This document shows positions 27,134 through 40,008 of a DNA stretch of 64,000 nt, one piece after another. Every line of letters begins with the position of its first letter. Positions within the stretch are counted from its first letter, which is position 1. The notes under the pieces are model-generated. The model did no database searches and was not told the DNA's origin. It saw only the letters and a program-made list of their open reading frames with translations. Origin of the DNA: Basidiobolus meristosporus CBS 931.73 (Eukaryota > Fungi > Basidiobolomycota); assembly GCA_002104905.1 (NCBI GenBank), contig MCFE01000027.1:165761-229760 (forward strand). The letters are read 5' to 3'. The translations under genes were made by a program, and so were the position numbers.

Positions 27134-28363
27134 ATGAACTCGAAACTCCTCAACCTTGGCAAACTTTCCTTCAGGTCGGCCTCTCGCCATGGTATCTTCA
27201 CCACCCAAAGAGGACTTTTGATGCAAAAGGGTGCTCCCCCGTCTTGGAACGCCAAACCCTTGCCTTCGTTGACGAGCCGCTCGTTCTATCTGGCCCCAAC
27301 CTATAGCGGGCGCCTTTATAGCTCGTTGAGTACAGAAAGACCCAGTGAAAAGCCAGTTGAACCTCAAGAGGGGAATCGACCCGAAGGTAAATTTCCCGCG
27401 CATTTGGTTATCGCTGACGATACCCATCATACTCAAACCAGTATATTTTCAGGTCGTATCGATTTTGCTGTCAGTAACGGGCTGCCAAGATTGACCATAC
27501 CTTTGCCCATTCGGAGCCGGCCTAACGAGATGAAGGAGCACACGTTTATGTTACATCCCGAGTTAGCTCTTTCGAACTTGTACCATCAGATTCGTGAACA
27601 CGGGGAGGATATTCAGCTGATACACATCCACGACTCATTGAAAAACCATTCCGTTGGCGCCCGCTGGACAGCCGGTGCCTCTGTAGGGGATTTAATTCAA
27701 GAATCCACCATGTCCGATGCAAAATCCTTCTATGTCATCGCTGATAATGCTAAAGTCCTTATCCGTTTACCATCCTTTGAAGGTAGGTTGTATTCGTGTG
27801 GGTCTGCTTCCGTCGCTTCTCGGAAGCCTCCCTGTTGTCAGTGGATAGCCATTCTAATCAAAATATACATAGAGCGTACGGCAAGCTTGCGTAGTCAATT
27901 GGTCAACCTCCAATCCCGTCTGGACACTCTTAATAAGGTGAAGCAGAAATGCGATGCTCAAGCCAACCGAACTTCGCAGATGATATCTATTGGTGGCTTT
28001 GCTAGTCTTTGCACTTATTGGGTTGTTATGGCAAAGCTTGTCTGGATCGATCTGGGCTGGGGAGGTAAGAGCCACGTCTCATTGATAGCGCACACCTAAT
28101 GGAATCTCTAACTCGGCCAAAAACCAGTGATGGAGCCATTCACATACTTCTCGGGCATTGGGATGGCCACGGTTGGGTATCTTTATTTCTTGGTTACCAA
28201 GCGTGAGTTCAACACCGACTCTGTGTCGAACTTTGCTGCTACTCAACGTCAGCTTGAGCTTTACGTCGAAAACGGGCTTAACATCGAGCTTTACCAGCAC
28301 CTCAGCAAGCAGGCGAATCAAGTTCGTGAGCAGATTGACCGGATCAAAACCAGTTACAGCTAA
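27134..28363 (+). CDS. MCU: Mitochondrial calcium uniporter, multi-exon; pore motif variant WGVMEP
   Basis: Arg/Ser-rich presequence; coiled coil LRSQLVNLQSRLDTLNKVKQKCD; TM1-LGW-x-VMEPFTY-TM2-YFLVTKREF; intron 28065-28127. Confidence 0.9.
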
Positions 28364-28818
28364 ATCCCTATCCCCTAGGGAACCAAACGCAACTGCAAGC
28401 ATTGAAGGTTATTATTAATGTCACTATTATTTGTCCTTCACAATTACTGGGTGATGTGAAAATTTCTTATCAACTTAGCAAGCTCATTCATCAAGCTTAC
28501 TCTTCACGTCGATCTATACATCGTATTATTTATATTATTAATGTCACACGTAGTTTATGAGAATTCCCGTGACTTTCAATTTACCCTTTTGAGCCACCAC
28601 CCCCCGTTACATTTTGATGATCAATAATACCACATTCCTTTAACCTGACCATTCACCTTGCACAGTAGACTCTATTCTATCCCTGGAAAATAGTGGGTTG
28701 GGTGACTTTGATCAGTAACCCTTTGAGTATTAGAAAAGTCAAGAGTAGTCGTGTATCCTGTAGAGACTTCTCTGTTCTTACTACAAAAGAGAAAGGCTAG
28801 CGCACGACCTTCCTCGCC

Positions 28819-30051
28819 ATGGCAGCCGTAGACATGAGCCCTGGACGTAAGAAGCCGGTGGTGTCCGATTCGCACATGTATTATTCGTTCCAATGGGAGG
28901 TGAAGAATTTCCACGACATCACCACACGTAAAATATGCACCTCGGAATTCCTTATAGTGGATACGATCTGGCGGCTGGAGATCTATCCCATCGGCTATGA
29001 TGAGCACGAGAACTTCGTATCGGTGTACCTAAGGCCGACCCGGTTGCCGTGTCCGAAGGAGGTGGAGTTCTGCATCTACCTGAAGCTCGACGCGGGCCTA
29101 AAAAGGAAGCTGAAAAAGTTCACCAGCAGACGAGTGTTTTGCGAGAAGCAATCCCAAGGGTTTGAGAGATTCATCGATAGAAGGGAGCTCTACGAATTGC
29201 TGGGGGAGCGGGACAACTTTATCGTCGGGGTGGAGTTGTATTTTGTCGAGGCCAACATCGAGACCGATTACGCCGACTTCCACCCGAACGAGTCTGGGAA
29301 AAGTATCTCGGATGCTTCGCGCTCCGAAGCGTTCGACCCGCCCAGCTACTACGTACCCCAATTCGAAGACAAGCTGAACGACCCCTCCTTCAGCGATGTC
29401 GAGTTCAAGGTGGACGGGCAGTCTCTCTACGCCACGAAATTCCTGCTGTGCTGCCGAAGCAGCTACTTCCGAGCCATGTTCCAAACGTCGAACATGTGTG
29501 AAAGTACCCAGCAGGTCATTCAACTTCCTGGGTTCAAATACGATGCGGTGTTTGCGGTGTTCAAGTACATCTACACCGGGTGCTTCGAATTCGATGCGGA
29601 GGAGATGAAGCCGCAGGACACCAAGGACATAGAGAAGCACTCCTTCGACTACCTGACCGCGGTGTACACACTCTCGGATATGTACGAGTTGCCAGAGCTC
29701 TGCCATTGGATAGAGAAGATCCTAGTGACCGTGGTGTCCATGAACAATTACGAGCTGCTGCTTCACTTCGCCTACCGATATGAACTTTGCCGAGTGTTGG
29801 CAAAGATATGCCTGTTTGTCGCGAAGCACTGGTTGGATGTGCAGCACTCTGAGACGTTCATGACTTTGTTGAATAGCGGAGATGGTCCACTGATCTTATT
29901 GCTATTTAATGGGGTTATGATGGCGAGGACAGGCGCTTCGGAGCGAGAGGTCTACCAGCGCTTGATCACAAGAAAAAGCCCGGATCCAAGCGAGAGCATT
30001 AGTGTCAGTAGTGATGAGGTACCCTCCGAGTTGGATATCACCTACTCGTGA
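28819..30051 (+). CDS. MATH-BTB (SPOP-like) protein, intronless
   Basis: MATH domain (FQWEVKNF, WRLEIYPIG, VSVYL, QGFERFI); BTB domain (FSDVEFKV..YATKFLLCCRSSYFRAMF); BACK-like helices. Confidence 0.9.
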   Translation: MAAVDMSPGRKKPVVSDSHMYYSFQWEVKNFHDITTRKICTSEFLIVDTIWRLEIYPIGYDEHENFVSVYLRPTRLPCPKEVEFCIYLKLDAGLKRKLKKFTSRRVFCEKQSQGFERFIDRRELYELLGERDNFIVGVELYFVEANIETDYADFHPNESGKSISDASRSEAFDPPSYYVPQFEDKLNDPSFSDVEFKVDGQSLYATKFLLCCRSSYFRAMFQTSNMCESTQQVIQLPGFKYDAVFAVFKYIYTGCFEFDAEEMKPQDTKDIEKHSFDYLTAVYTLSDMYELPELCHWIEKILVTVVSMNNYELLLHFAYRYELCRVLAKICLFVAKHWLDVQHSETFMTLLNSGDGPLILLLFNGVMMARTGASEREVYQRLITRKSPDPSESISVSSDEVPSELDITYS

Positions 30052-30341
30052 ATGGATATCTTCCCTCCTCTCCCAACAACATCGACCACTTTACTGGACG
30101 TTGGTAACTTCATTCCCTGTGCTCGTGGCTTACGGACTCTTCAAACCGTCGAATGCTCACTACACTGTACATTTACCAACTCCATGCGTAATGAATCCAT
30201 TGGATACCTTTGTAACCCACAAATCCCACCAAATATCACTTGACGCCCATTAGGGGTTTCGGAGTTGTAATGGCTCAATAAACTGCGTGATTGAATTCTA
30301 TTTATTGTATTTGTTTCCCAAGTTTAACCTGGCCCTAGAGA

Positions 30342-31370
30342 TCACTCAGTTCTCAGCTTCCCCAGTTTCTTGGGGCTTGAGTCCTGCTTTATCAATGCTA
30401 AGCATATTCCAACGGTATAGCCAAGAAGGGCGCCCAATACGCATGGAATTGGCCAAGCCTAAGGAGTTTGAAAGACGGATGAGTGCAAGGCCACGTCGAA
30501 TGAAAAAGATTCCCGGTTTACCTGCCAAGGTCTATCCCAATCCAAAGGGATCACTATGGCCCCAAGCCATGCACCAAAAACACCAGAGATCATCGGATAG
30601 TAGGCGAAGCGTTCGCCGTAGTTTTCCGGCCTGGTAAAGGTGGGGAATGGTTAGTCCAATCGAGGAGTGGGGGGGGTAGAAAGCTGTTCGTCCTAGAACT
30701 CTCGTTTCGACCAACTTACCCGGTTTGTAGGAACACCCGATTCCAGGCGTTACGATCGGTATGAAAGACCGCACTTGCCGGAAATACCAAAAGAAGGGAG
30801 ATGTACGTGGAGCCTGACCACGTGTGTTCTACCATCCTGTGAGGAGAGGACAAGATTAGTCCCATGCTATCCCGAACGAATCCAGAATAAGGTAACTCAC
30901 TCGGTTAAAGGGGCGCCAAACAAGACGGCCAATGTGTGGAAGAGGAAGATTCCGGCGAGGGTTATCAAGAAGACTGACAAAACACTCTACAAAGGTGGGG
31001 TACAAATTAGAACACACTAGGTCGCTTTACACCTGGATAGTTGAAGTACGTAAGGGTGGTTGGCACACTTCTCTCTCCCCCCACCCTTCTCAATTCACTC
31101 AGATCCGGAACATACCAGTGCTTTCTTCTTAGTTGATGTTGTGGTCGCCTTCTTTTTGCTTTTGCTCGCCTTCTCCACATATAACCAACCGCTTATCAGC
31201 AGGAGTACTCGTGAAGAGAAAAGCACCATGTTCGTCCAGTCCAAACACTCTGCAGGCTTTTCAAACAGGGAATATCCAGGTAACATCAACAGGGTGCCAT
31301 AGGCTAACGCCACCTGCCCTGCTGAGGTGAGTAAATTGGGAAGTTTTGGAAAGCTTGCGGGATTCTTCAT
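30342..31370 (-). CDS. GPI11: GPI ethanolamine-phosphate transferase subunit PIG-F/GPI11, multi-exon
   Basis: Reverse-strand exons read FHTLAVLFGAPLTE and GAWLGAIVIPLDWDRPWQ|AWPIPCVLGALLGY, the PIG-F signature. Confidence 0.92.
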
Positions 31371-31657
31371 TGTTGACGGCAGCTACGGGGTGGTTCTCCC
31401 TGCCTTGTACTAAGCTTACCTCGGATTACGCAGTTAATTCGATGTTTAGTTGGGCCCTGGGGCCAATGAAAATCAATGCTGAAGCTATGATTTCAGGTAT
31501 TTATTAGCTAGGATTGAATTACAGTGTGGATTTAAAGATTTGAAGTACAGTGTCAAATACATGGACAAATACAGGTTAAAAGCTAGATTCAAACGAAGCA
31601 AAAGTTATCTGCGGAGGCACACCAAGGTTGTCGGAGCAAGTGGGAAGATGAACTCCC

Positions 31658-33623
31658 TTAGGTACAGATCCGATCCACTTCTTCCAGCGCTTCTTCCCAT
31701 GGCTCCAAGTTCTACGTAGCCAGTTCAATGAGTGCCAATTGTTGCTGGACAGACGTATTTGCAAATCACTTACCTTTTGGCACCATTTAACCTGGGCCTT
31801 CGCATAAGCAAGCAACATATCGCGCAGATCCAGTTCCTTCCGCTTCTGGAATCGGTCCAGATCAAGTTGAATGGTTGACGAAATCTCAGCCAATTCAACA
31901 TTGATCACCTCAAGCTGCTCCTCCAACTAAAAACGACAATCGAGGTTACTTCGAATCCCAGGCATATCTAGTGATGCGAATCATGAGTACCATAGTGATT
32001 TGTTCGCGTGTTCTGCCGATGTTATTCCGCCGGGTTGCTTCGGGGTCAACATCCATGATCCCGTGAATCGTGTAACTCAGGCGATTCAAAAAGGAGGCGC
32101 TACTCTTCTTCTTGGAGGATGAGGGTGTGCCTGGTGCTGAGGACCTGGCTGAGGTTGTGGATGAAGGGGGAGTGGGCCTTGGAGATTCAGAAGGATTACT
32201 TTCATGATTGATGGGTTGGGTGCCTTCAGAATTTGCGGCCTCTTCCTCGTTAGCAATTGAAGTGCCGGGGACGGCAGCCTCCAGAATATCTTCATTTTCG
32301 TCTAACACTGCAGTCTTTTTCAAAACTTCCTCTAATTTCTTGGATTCCTGTTCAGCAAGTTCCAATTCATTAAGGTAGACGCGCTTATTGGCCAACGTGT
32401 CGGAGGTGTTTTCAAGTTGGAGATGCTTCAGGTAGCGATACTTCAGCAGCTTCTTGATAATCGATGAAAACTGGACGTATTCTTGCAATGGCTCGGAGAA
32501 CTCCGACTCCAATGTGGTTACCTATTCCATTGCCAGAGAATACTTAGATAAGGCCTTGGCACATATCCAAGAGCAACAAGTACTGACCATCGAGCCTGTA
32601 GACATGAATGTCGTATCCACAGCTTGCCCGATACGCTCGATCGCATTAGCCAAGCTGTCGGTTTCGTTAAGACTGAACCCATTGAACACCGCACCAAGCT
32701 CGGCGAAATCATTGGCGAGGTCTAGAATCACATTAGATCTTTCACAAACGGTATGGGATTCGAACCATTGTTGACTTTACCCCCGATCTTCTTGGTCACC
32801 CGCCTTTGGGTTCTTTCGAGAACGGTGATGTGGTTGGAGAACTTATTGGTGTAGAGCTCACATTCCAGAAAACGAGGATCTGGCTTTTTCAATTGTTGAA
32901 GGGAACTGGGGGTAGGTAATGGCGAAGGGGCGACTTGGCTCTGTGATGCGACTACTGGAGATGGTGGAGTCTGGAGGAGGTTCTTGGGCAAGTTACTTAG
33001 CGGTGGAGAGTGCAATACTTCCGCCTACATATTGATATCTGTGAACCATAATCCATCGAAACACTCGTAAAAACCGATTTTACCCAAGATACATTTTCCA
33101 AGAAGCGGTGGAATACATGGTCCTGTGAGAGTGTTGTGTGTTCTGCGATACGATTCAAAAAGGATTGCAACATACGCTTGCGCTTTTCTATCATCAGAAT
33201 GTCATCCTTTCGATTCTGCATAGTAGCATAATGTGCTGGTATACGCGAGGTTAACAGGGAGGCTTGTTAGCAAGAGGAAGGAGGCTTGATAAGCCAATGG
33301 CATACTAACCGATGGAATGCTTTCTGGGTATCGGTGGAACAATACAACTAGGGTGAAGTTTACAGAGTGCGTTTCTCAGAGACTCAAATTCGGAGTATCT
33401 CCGTTTTACCTCCATGTTCTTGTATGATGAAGTGGGAAGTTCAGTACAAGAAACCTCGCACTTGTCACTCTCGTATGAACAAAGATAGACTTACCCCGAA
33501 GCTTATTATATATGCGACGTAAGGGCTACCGCCATTGTCACTGGCTTTTTGGGATCCTGTTATTTTGAAAGAGTCTTGTCGAAAAGCATATTCAACCTTG
33601 CAACAGCAATCTGCGTAATCCAT
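31658..33623 (-). CDS. PX-BAR sorting nexin, SNX41/ATG20-like, multi-exon (start uncertain)
   Basis: PX motifs VKRRYSEFESLR, IVPPIPRKH, KRKRMLQSFLNRIAEH; BAR domain; IHGIMDVDPEATRRNNIGRTREQI typical of Snx41/42. Confidence 0.88.
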
Positions 33624-34121
33624 CTCGAATTCTACTGCACGATGTGAACTTCAAAACGGTGTCTCTCTAACCTATACTATTTATTTTAACGGCGCTACAA
33701 GGACAAAACAGATGTATAGACGAGCAACTGAGAGGAAAGCGTGGTAAGATGAAGGGGGTGAGGAGTGAACAGAGGTGAAGGAACGTTTTGGTCCTGAACT
33801 AAGGTAGCAAGGTGCAATGCGATTTCGACGTAATCATCATACTCTCACACTAAATTTATTTATTAAAGATTGTATGGTGGCTTGCATTCTAAGTGGGCTA
33901 AGAACTGATCAGAAAAATCAGGAATGCCCTCAGAGATGCTGACATGAAGCTAGATTTCGTATTTTGACAATAGCAATTACCTAGTGTCTCCTTATGGAGT
34001 CGCACCAAACACACAAAGGTATATAATTTGCTCAACACACGATAGTAATTCTGTTTGTATATGCGTTTATAAGCGTTCATAATGATACAGATAATATATG
34101 CTCATCTATGTAAACAACTGA

Positions 34122-35234
34122 TCATTGAGAGGTGGAGGGAGAGCCTTCCTCAATCTCTACAGAGGCGCTTCCACCCAGATCGTTGGATAAGGCTGATGCC
34201 ACTGCTTGGAGTTCCTCCAAGATCTTCTCGTTCTCCACGGAGTCCTCTTCATCTTCCAATCCGGCGGTGATAGCTTCCTCAATGTTCATAGCCTCTGGAG
34301 CTTTTTCCTCCGTGGGTTCCAGTAAGATCTCTTTAGGTAATTCGTAACTTTCACTGGTGTCTTCACTGGTGATAACGATTCCCTCTGGACGTTGAGTATA
34401 CACCTCTATGGTCGGATACTCTATTATAGTCTTATGAAAGAGTGAATCTTGTAGTGACTTGTCTAATGAAAGTTCCCAGTATTCTTTGCGGTTGGCCTGT
34501 TGAGATGGCTGGTTTAGTATAAAATCTTGAATCAAGATACTGAAATCAAAGGTATCTACCGGAAGGAATGGGATTCGCATTAAGAGGACCAGGGAGTCTA
34601 ATGAGGCATCTGTATAAGCAGCCAGCTTGCTGAGGTTGATAAGATTCTCCGGCCGTTTCTCGAGATGAAAAGATAGCAACTCTCGTAGAGGTTTGTCTTC
34701 TGGTGCACGAGCATCGGTCAGGGTCAAGTTAGATTCCTTGAAGACCCAATCCACCGTCCAGTGAATCTGCTTGAGTTTTGTATGCCAGATACTTTTGTTG
34801 CTAGCACGACGCTTCATTCCTTGCGACATTCTTGATAATCTGACACCGTGCCGCTTCGCGTTACTTGCCAACAAATTACTTCTATGGGCACCACGTCGCG
34901 CTTCGGAATTTAGGGATAGGTTCTCCCTGGTTGCATTGTCAGTGGTTCTAGATGTCTCTTCAAGAAATACATAGTCTAAACCGATACCAATATAACTTAG
35001 CATTCACGGCCAAGAAATCAAGGGGCAAGGGAACCTACCACTCATCATATTGTTGTAATCGTAGTCGTTCATACTGACGAAATGATTCTTCGAACGTACG
35101 CCGGAGCAACCAGTTTCGGCTTTATGTTGTTTAGAGCAATTCAAGGAGCACGTTTTCAATAGGCACCTAGGACATTTGTACTTCCAGGTGTTCTCCTTGC
35201 AGTATTCACACGGTTCGTTGACCTCCTCTTTCAT
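34122..35234 (-). CDS. BCD1: Box C/D snoRNP biogenesis factor BCD1/ZNHIT6, 2 exons
   Basis: zf-HIT CEYC..YKCPRC..TCSLNCSKQHK..CSG; DY.FLEE; SL...LFHKTIIEYPTIEV. Confidence 0.92.
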
Positions 35235-35559
35235 TCCAAGTATATTTACAAGTGTAGCCTTAGATTTAAGGAGGTTTTCGTTCGCTGCTTGTAATAAATA
35301 TCGAGAATATGGGAAAAAAAAGAAAAATAATTTGATGGTGTTGGCTGTTTGCGAATTCGGAAATTTTAATCATGTCACTCCTCGAATTCATTCAACTCTA
35401 ATTCACCGAGTGCCCAATATGACATTTTTGGCTGATTGTAGGAAAATGACCTACACACAAGTATTGCCATAGCACAAGGGATCATGATACGAACTGGGAA
35501 TGTAATTTGAGCGTTTAATGGTTTTGTGTACAGAATACATGGTTTTGACTTCAAATCAT

Positions 35560-35868
35560 TCAATGGTGCTGCTTTTTGATATGCTCCACTGACTCTTTTT
35601 GCAGACGTTCCACGGGCTTATCGGGTGCATGGTCAGCTTTGATATTTGCTTCGGCATGGCTGGCCAAATTTTCATTCCATCCCGGATGATCTGGAATAGA
35701 CTCGTTCGTCTCACCACGTAATGACTTCTGCTTTTCCTTGTCCAGCACTTGTCCGTTGGCAGCCATATGGGAGGAGAATCGATTACACAAAGCACGCGCT
35801 GTCAAGGGCCTGGCGATCTTGAAGTGAATGGTGGTAAGTGATGTAGACATGGTGGATGTTTGTTGCAT
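35560..35868 (-). CDS. Small probable mitochondrial protein with PGWNENLASHAEANIKAD motif
   Basis: Presequence-like N-terminus (second ATG at 35850), then a motif I recall from conserved uncharacterised fungal proteins. Confidence 0.6.
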   Translation of the reverse strand: MQQTSTMSTSLTTIHFKIARPLTARALCNRFSSHMAANGQVLDKEKQKSLRGETNESIPDHPGWNENLASHAEANIKADHAPDKPVERLQKESVEHIKKQHH

Positions 35869-36176
35869 GTTTAACGACGGCAGGTGGCCTTTTATATGTT
35901 GAAGGCGACTAATCTACAACGGATTATCCCATACTGACGTATTGAGATACGGACAAAATGAATGACGAAATGGATATGCTCATCAGCGATTGACGTCAAT
36001 CTCGATATTGGTTAGTCACTTAGGGTCCAGAGTCGACCAATTTATTTTCATTACAAGTGGGTCGCTTCTAGGGAGTGGTGCGTATAGCCGCAAAGATTAG
36101 TTCATAGCAACTGAGAAGAACAGTCTATGGGGTGGTGCGGTGGGATTAGATGGATGGTTAAAGCATTGCATGGGTG

Positions 36177-39100
36177 TTATTTCTTGGTAATTCGTGTGGT
36201 TTCCATTAATCGAAATTCATCCTCCTTGACCAGTATATACATCCTTTGTGAGGTTTTTTGCTTGTGCGTTTGAGGGTCTTTCAATGGCTGGACGACGTAT
36301 TCCTTGGAAATGGGGGTACAGCTCTCGTCGATACCTTGAATTCGAAGTTAGCCAAGTATTCATACCATATCATTAGTGTAAGAGCTAATCTTTAACCTGC
36401 GAAACATCTATAGATGGTGGATTTCTCCGCTCCCTCGTTTACTTTTGATTCCGTCAAGGTGATCAACCATTCAACCAGCTCGTAATGGTCGTTGAGCTTC
36501 TTTAGCAATGATACCCCGCGGCCCATCAGTAACTCTACTTCGTTGAAGCTATCTAGTATGTTCGCAAGAGATGCTAGCTCAGGACTATGGATGCGCGTTA
36601 GCGAATTCAATTCACAACACAAAGCGCAAATTCCATCTAAAACATCTTACTCGGTGTCTTCCCAAGAGTAGGCGGTCAACTGCTTCCCTAGAACAGAGAG
36701 TGCTAGGGCTATAGGCTCGATCTTAAAGGCGATGGGATGTGCAGTCAATACGTCATATGCTACAAGTAGAATGGTTGGGAGAAGTCTATCGGACGATCAG
36801 TAAAGCAGCATTGTCATCATGCAGGCAAGGATTGACGTACTCTCCAAAGAGCTCATAAACGGAGAGTTGCTCCAAATAAGCGAGTGCCTTTATGAACTCG
36901 TTTAGCAGTGTGGTTACGAAGAGTCTCCAATAGTCTTACCTCTTCCGCCTCCGATTCATAATCAAATATAGGTTTTTGTCGATAGGCAGGAATCCTCTTG
37001 GCGGTCTAGCAGCTCAATGAATAAACATGGATAGCAAAACTGCCAATTCTAATGGTTTACCTTCCACAGCTCTTGCCAGAAGTTGCCCTCCTTAACCATT
37101 CGTGCGCTGAGCTTTCCTTTCTCTGGGTCATTAATATCTGCGCCTTCCTCAATCACCCAATCTCTTGGAGAATGCCATCTGACAAAATCCGAGAGTGTAC
37201 AGCCTGGGTTTGCAGCTTTAAAGGCCTCCATGTCTGATGAGAGTGTCAGTCCAAATAAGAATCACGGTCCATCGTGAGCAACAATGGTGCTGACCTGATT
37301 TTAATTGAGCACATTGCAGCCTGGCTCGTTCACTGGCCCCTTCCTCAGAAGTTCCCAGATCCTCGAATGCTTGCGCGCGTTTCAGCAGCATATCTTCGGT
37401 CATTATTTCGGGTTCCTAAAGGTAGAGCCAGATGTTACACAATGTCTTGAGATCGCTTGGAAGATTGAGAACGTACTTGGGTCTCTGGAATCCACATGAT
37501 TTCCTGTGTATCTAGCAAAAGTAGATCTTTAGAGGGATGTGATTGACCCTCTCGACTATTCTCCTCCAGCTCGAATGGTTCTTCTTCGCCCGAATCTTGT
37601 TCGCTCTCGGACTCTTCTTCCAAAACCTTAGGCTCGTCAGGGGACAGTTGCACAAAAGAATCAACTAGGGCATTGCCCGCTTGGTTTCCTCTCTCCATGT
37701 CCTCAACCTCTATATCCTCATTGGCATCTTCTATAGTGTCGTAGAATACCTCGTCGTAATCCTCATTAGAGTCGGTGTGATGCTTTTCAGTCTAATGGAG
37801 CTCAATGTGAATTGGGAAGAGTCTTTGTATGAAATAAAAAATATTACCAAATCCTCAGGGGTCGGCTTTCCACTGGTGTTATCCACAGTTAACCAATCGA
37901 ATATTCGTTCGAGTTTCCCAGATCTTTGATTGCCGTACCATGTCTTGATATCGGAGAACGACGACATCAAACTTTTAACGGCGGACTCGGTCACTGATCG
38001 ATCCACGGGCTCGTTAGGTATCGCCTTCGTTTTCTTCACGGATTTTGCATTATCGCTGGGGGGGTATCTTCCCTTGCGTCGGTTACGTCGTAGTATGCAA
38101 CAGTTAATCATCGCCAACTTCTGATGGATAAGATTGAATCGCAAGTCGATGGTTTCGTTAGATTCCTCACTTGTTTCGCTTTGTTCAAGCCTCCCAGAAG
38201 GATTCGAATCACTCTTGCATCCGATATCAACATTCGGTAATGGGATCGACTCTTCCCAGTGATACTTCACCTGCTTGTTGAACTCAGACCACAATATCTT
38301 CAGCAGGCCAATAGCCGTAGCACTATGGGTACTCATTGGACTGGGCGATATGCTACTAAGCAGTTGCAGTAGCAGATTCCACACTAACGACTTGTATGGG
38401 ACGGTAGTTGCAGGTTTGAAGTGGAGCCCTAGAGCGCTAGGGGTGAATATTTGTATGGCGGGGTTCCGCTCGCATCTGATATACTCGGCATGGAACGGGT
38501 TTGATGTCTGGGGGCTGTTCGACGTTTTCTCCTCGTTGAAGAGCTCCTGTATCATGCACTCAATGTCACTCGAATCTACCATTGTTAGGGCCCCTGGAAC
38601 ACTTCCGGCGGCGTTGACCGCATCGATTATGGTCGCTCCAAAGATCGAGATACTTCGGAAAGCTCTTGTGTCGGAGTTCAAAGACAAGTTTCCATAATCC
38701 TGTGAATGAACATATCGCGCAGTCAAAGTGTCCCCAATCCACGAGCCAACAGCTTTTTTAAGCACCATTGTTAGCATGGACGTATTTCTTTCCTCTTCGT
38801 TAAACTCGCATGAGAGATACCATGATGATGATTTGGTTTCCGGGTGGAAAAGCCTTGTCTCGTCATCTCGTGGGAAGTTCTCGAGCTTTCCAGTGTATAG
38901 AACGGTCAGCTGAAGGCTTTCAAGAGGGTCAGTCATAGGTCCAAATTGTAGGATGGCAGGGCCCAATTCATTGGAGATGTATGATCGACGATCCCAGTCT
39001 ATGGTCCCAGAGTCCTCTTCCTCTCCCAAGGACAACTTGGAAGAACGGCGGTCGTCTGCCGGAAACTCTTCCAGACTGTAAGTATAAATGGCTGACAGCT

Positions 39101-40008
39101 CGATATCATCCGTGCTTGCTGAGTCTGAATCATCGGTATCGCTACTGAGTTGTGTAGATTCTACATTCAAGCAAATACGATGTCAATCCTAAGTACTGGC
39201 TTGATAGACAAGCGTCTCTTATATGCTAATAGACTAATCACTTACGTTCAAGGGCGCCGTTGCTGGGTTTCTGCATGAGCTCTATTAGTCCATCCAAGGT
39301 TGAGTACTGCTTAGGTACGAATGGAACGTAGGTAGTGTTGAACCTTAATTCAAAGTCTTTTTCTTTGCCAAGCATAAGCCCCCCATACACACTTTTCCAC
39401 GCCTGTCCTACTGGAACGAAAACAGGAATGTGGCAATTCACCTTTTTAAATGCCATGGCGAACGCATGGAGCAACCTGTCCGCAGTGTGCGCATCGATGT
39501 TGTTTGATTCATCAGAAACACCAGGAGAGAACAAGCCAGATATTGAAACAGGCGTAACGATCAGGATGTGACTCAGCCCAGTCCAGTGGTGGATGGGATG
39601 AAACTTTAACTGAGCAGTTGTCGTATGATATCTAGGATAACTAAGAGGTAAAAACCCACATTTTTCACGCTCCCCTGGCCAGCTTTCTCTAACGTACATC
39701 TCTTCGTGTTCTTTTCGTTCCTTGGCATTAACTGGATGATAATGATATGATAAAGCATATGAGTATTCCTCCAAGGTGAGTATTTCTTTGACAACAAAGG
39801 AGGCTGTGCTGGAGGCGTTTTGTTGGTCGATATTTACTCGTGCATCATCAAATACACCAGTGCTCCCGTCAGAAATCTCCCATTTTCTCAGCACGTTCTC
39901 AATGAGTATAGAGAAACGTTTCCAGTACGATACAGGCGTGTAGTCGAGAATTTCGAAAAACTCATCTTCGTCCGGACGCGCTGCCCTTGGTATCGACTCT
40001 TCGTCCAT
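36177..40008 (-). CDS. RAB3GAP1: Rab3 GTPase-activating protein catalytic subunit, multi-exon
   Basis: N-terminal EFFEILDYTPVSYWKRF; LIHQKLAMINCCI; PVMTEDML; MEAFKAANPGCTLSDFVRWHSPRDW; C-terminal QRMY..EFRL. Confidence 0.92.

Noticed and set aside
29098-29803. Long antisense ORFs within the MATH-BTB gene (also those opposite OPT and the guanine deaminase)
   Set aside because: Expected shadow ORFs from C/G-biased codons; no recognisable protein motifs
10197-40008. Apparent clustering of membrane-traffic genes (RIC1, MSS4, VMA21, SNX41-like, RAB3GAP1)
   Set aside because: They are interspersed with unrelated housekeeping genes, consistent with chance in a dense genome
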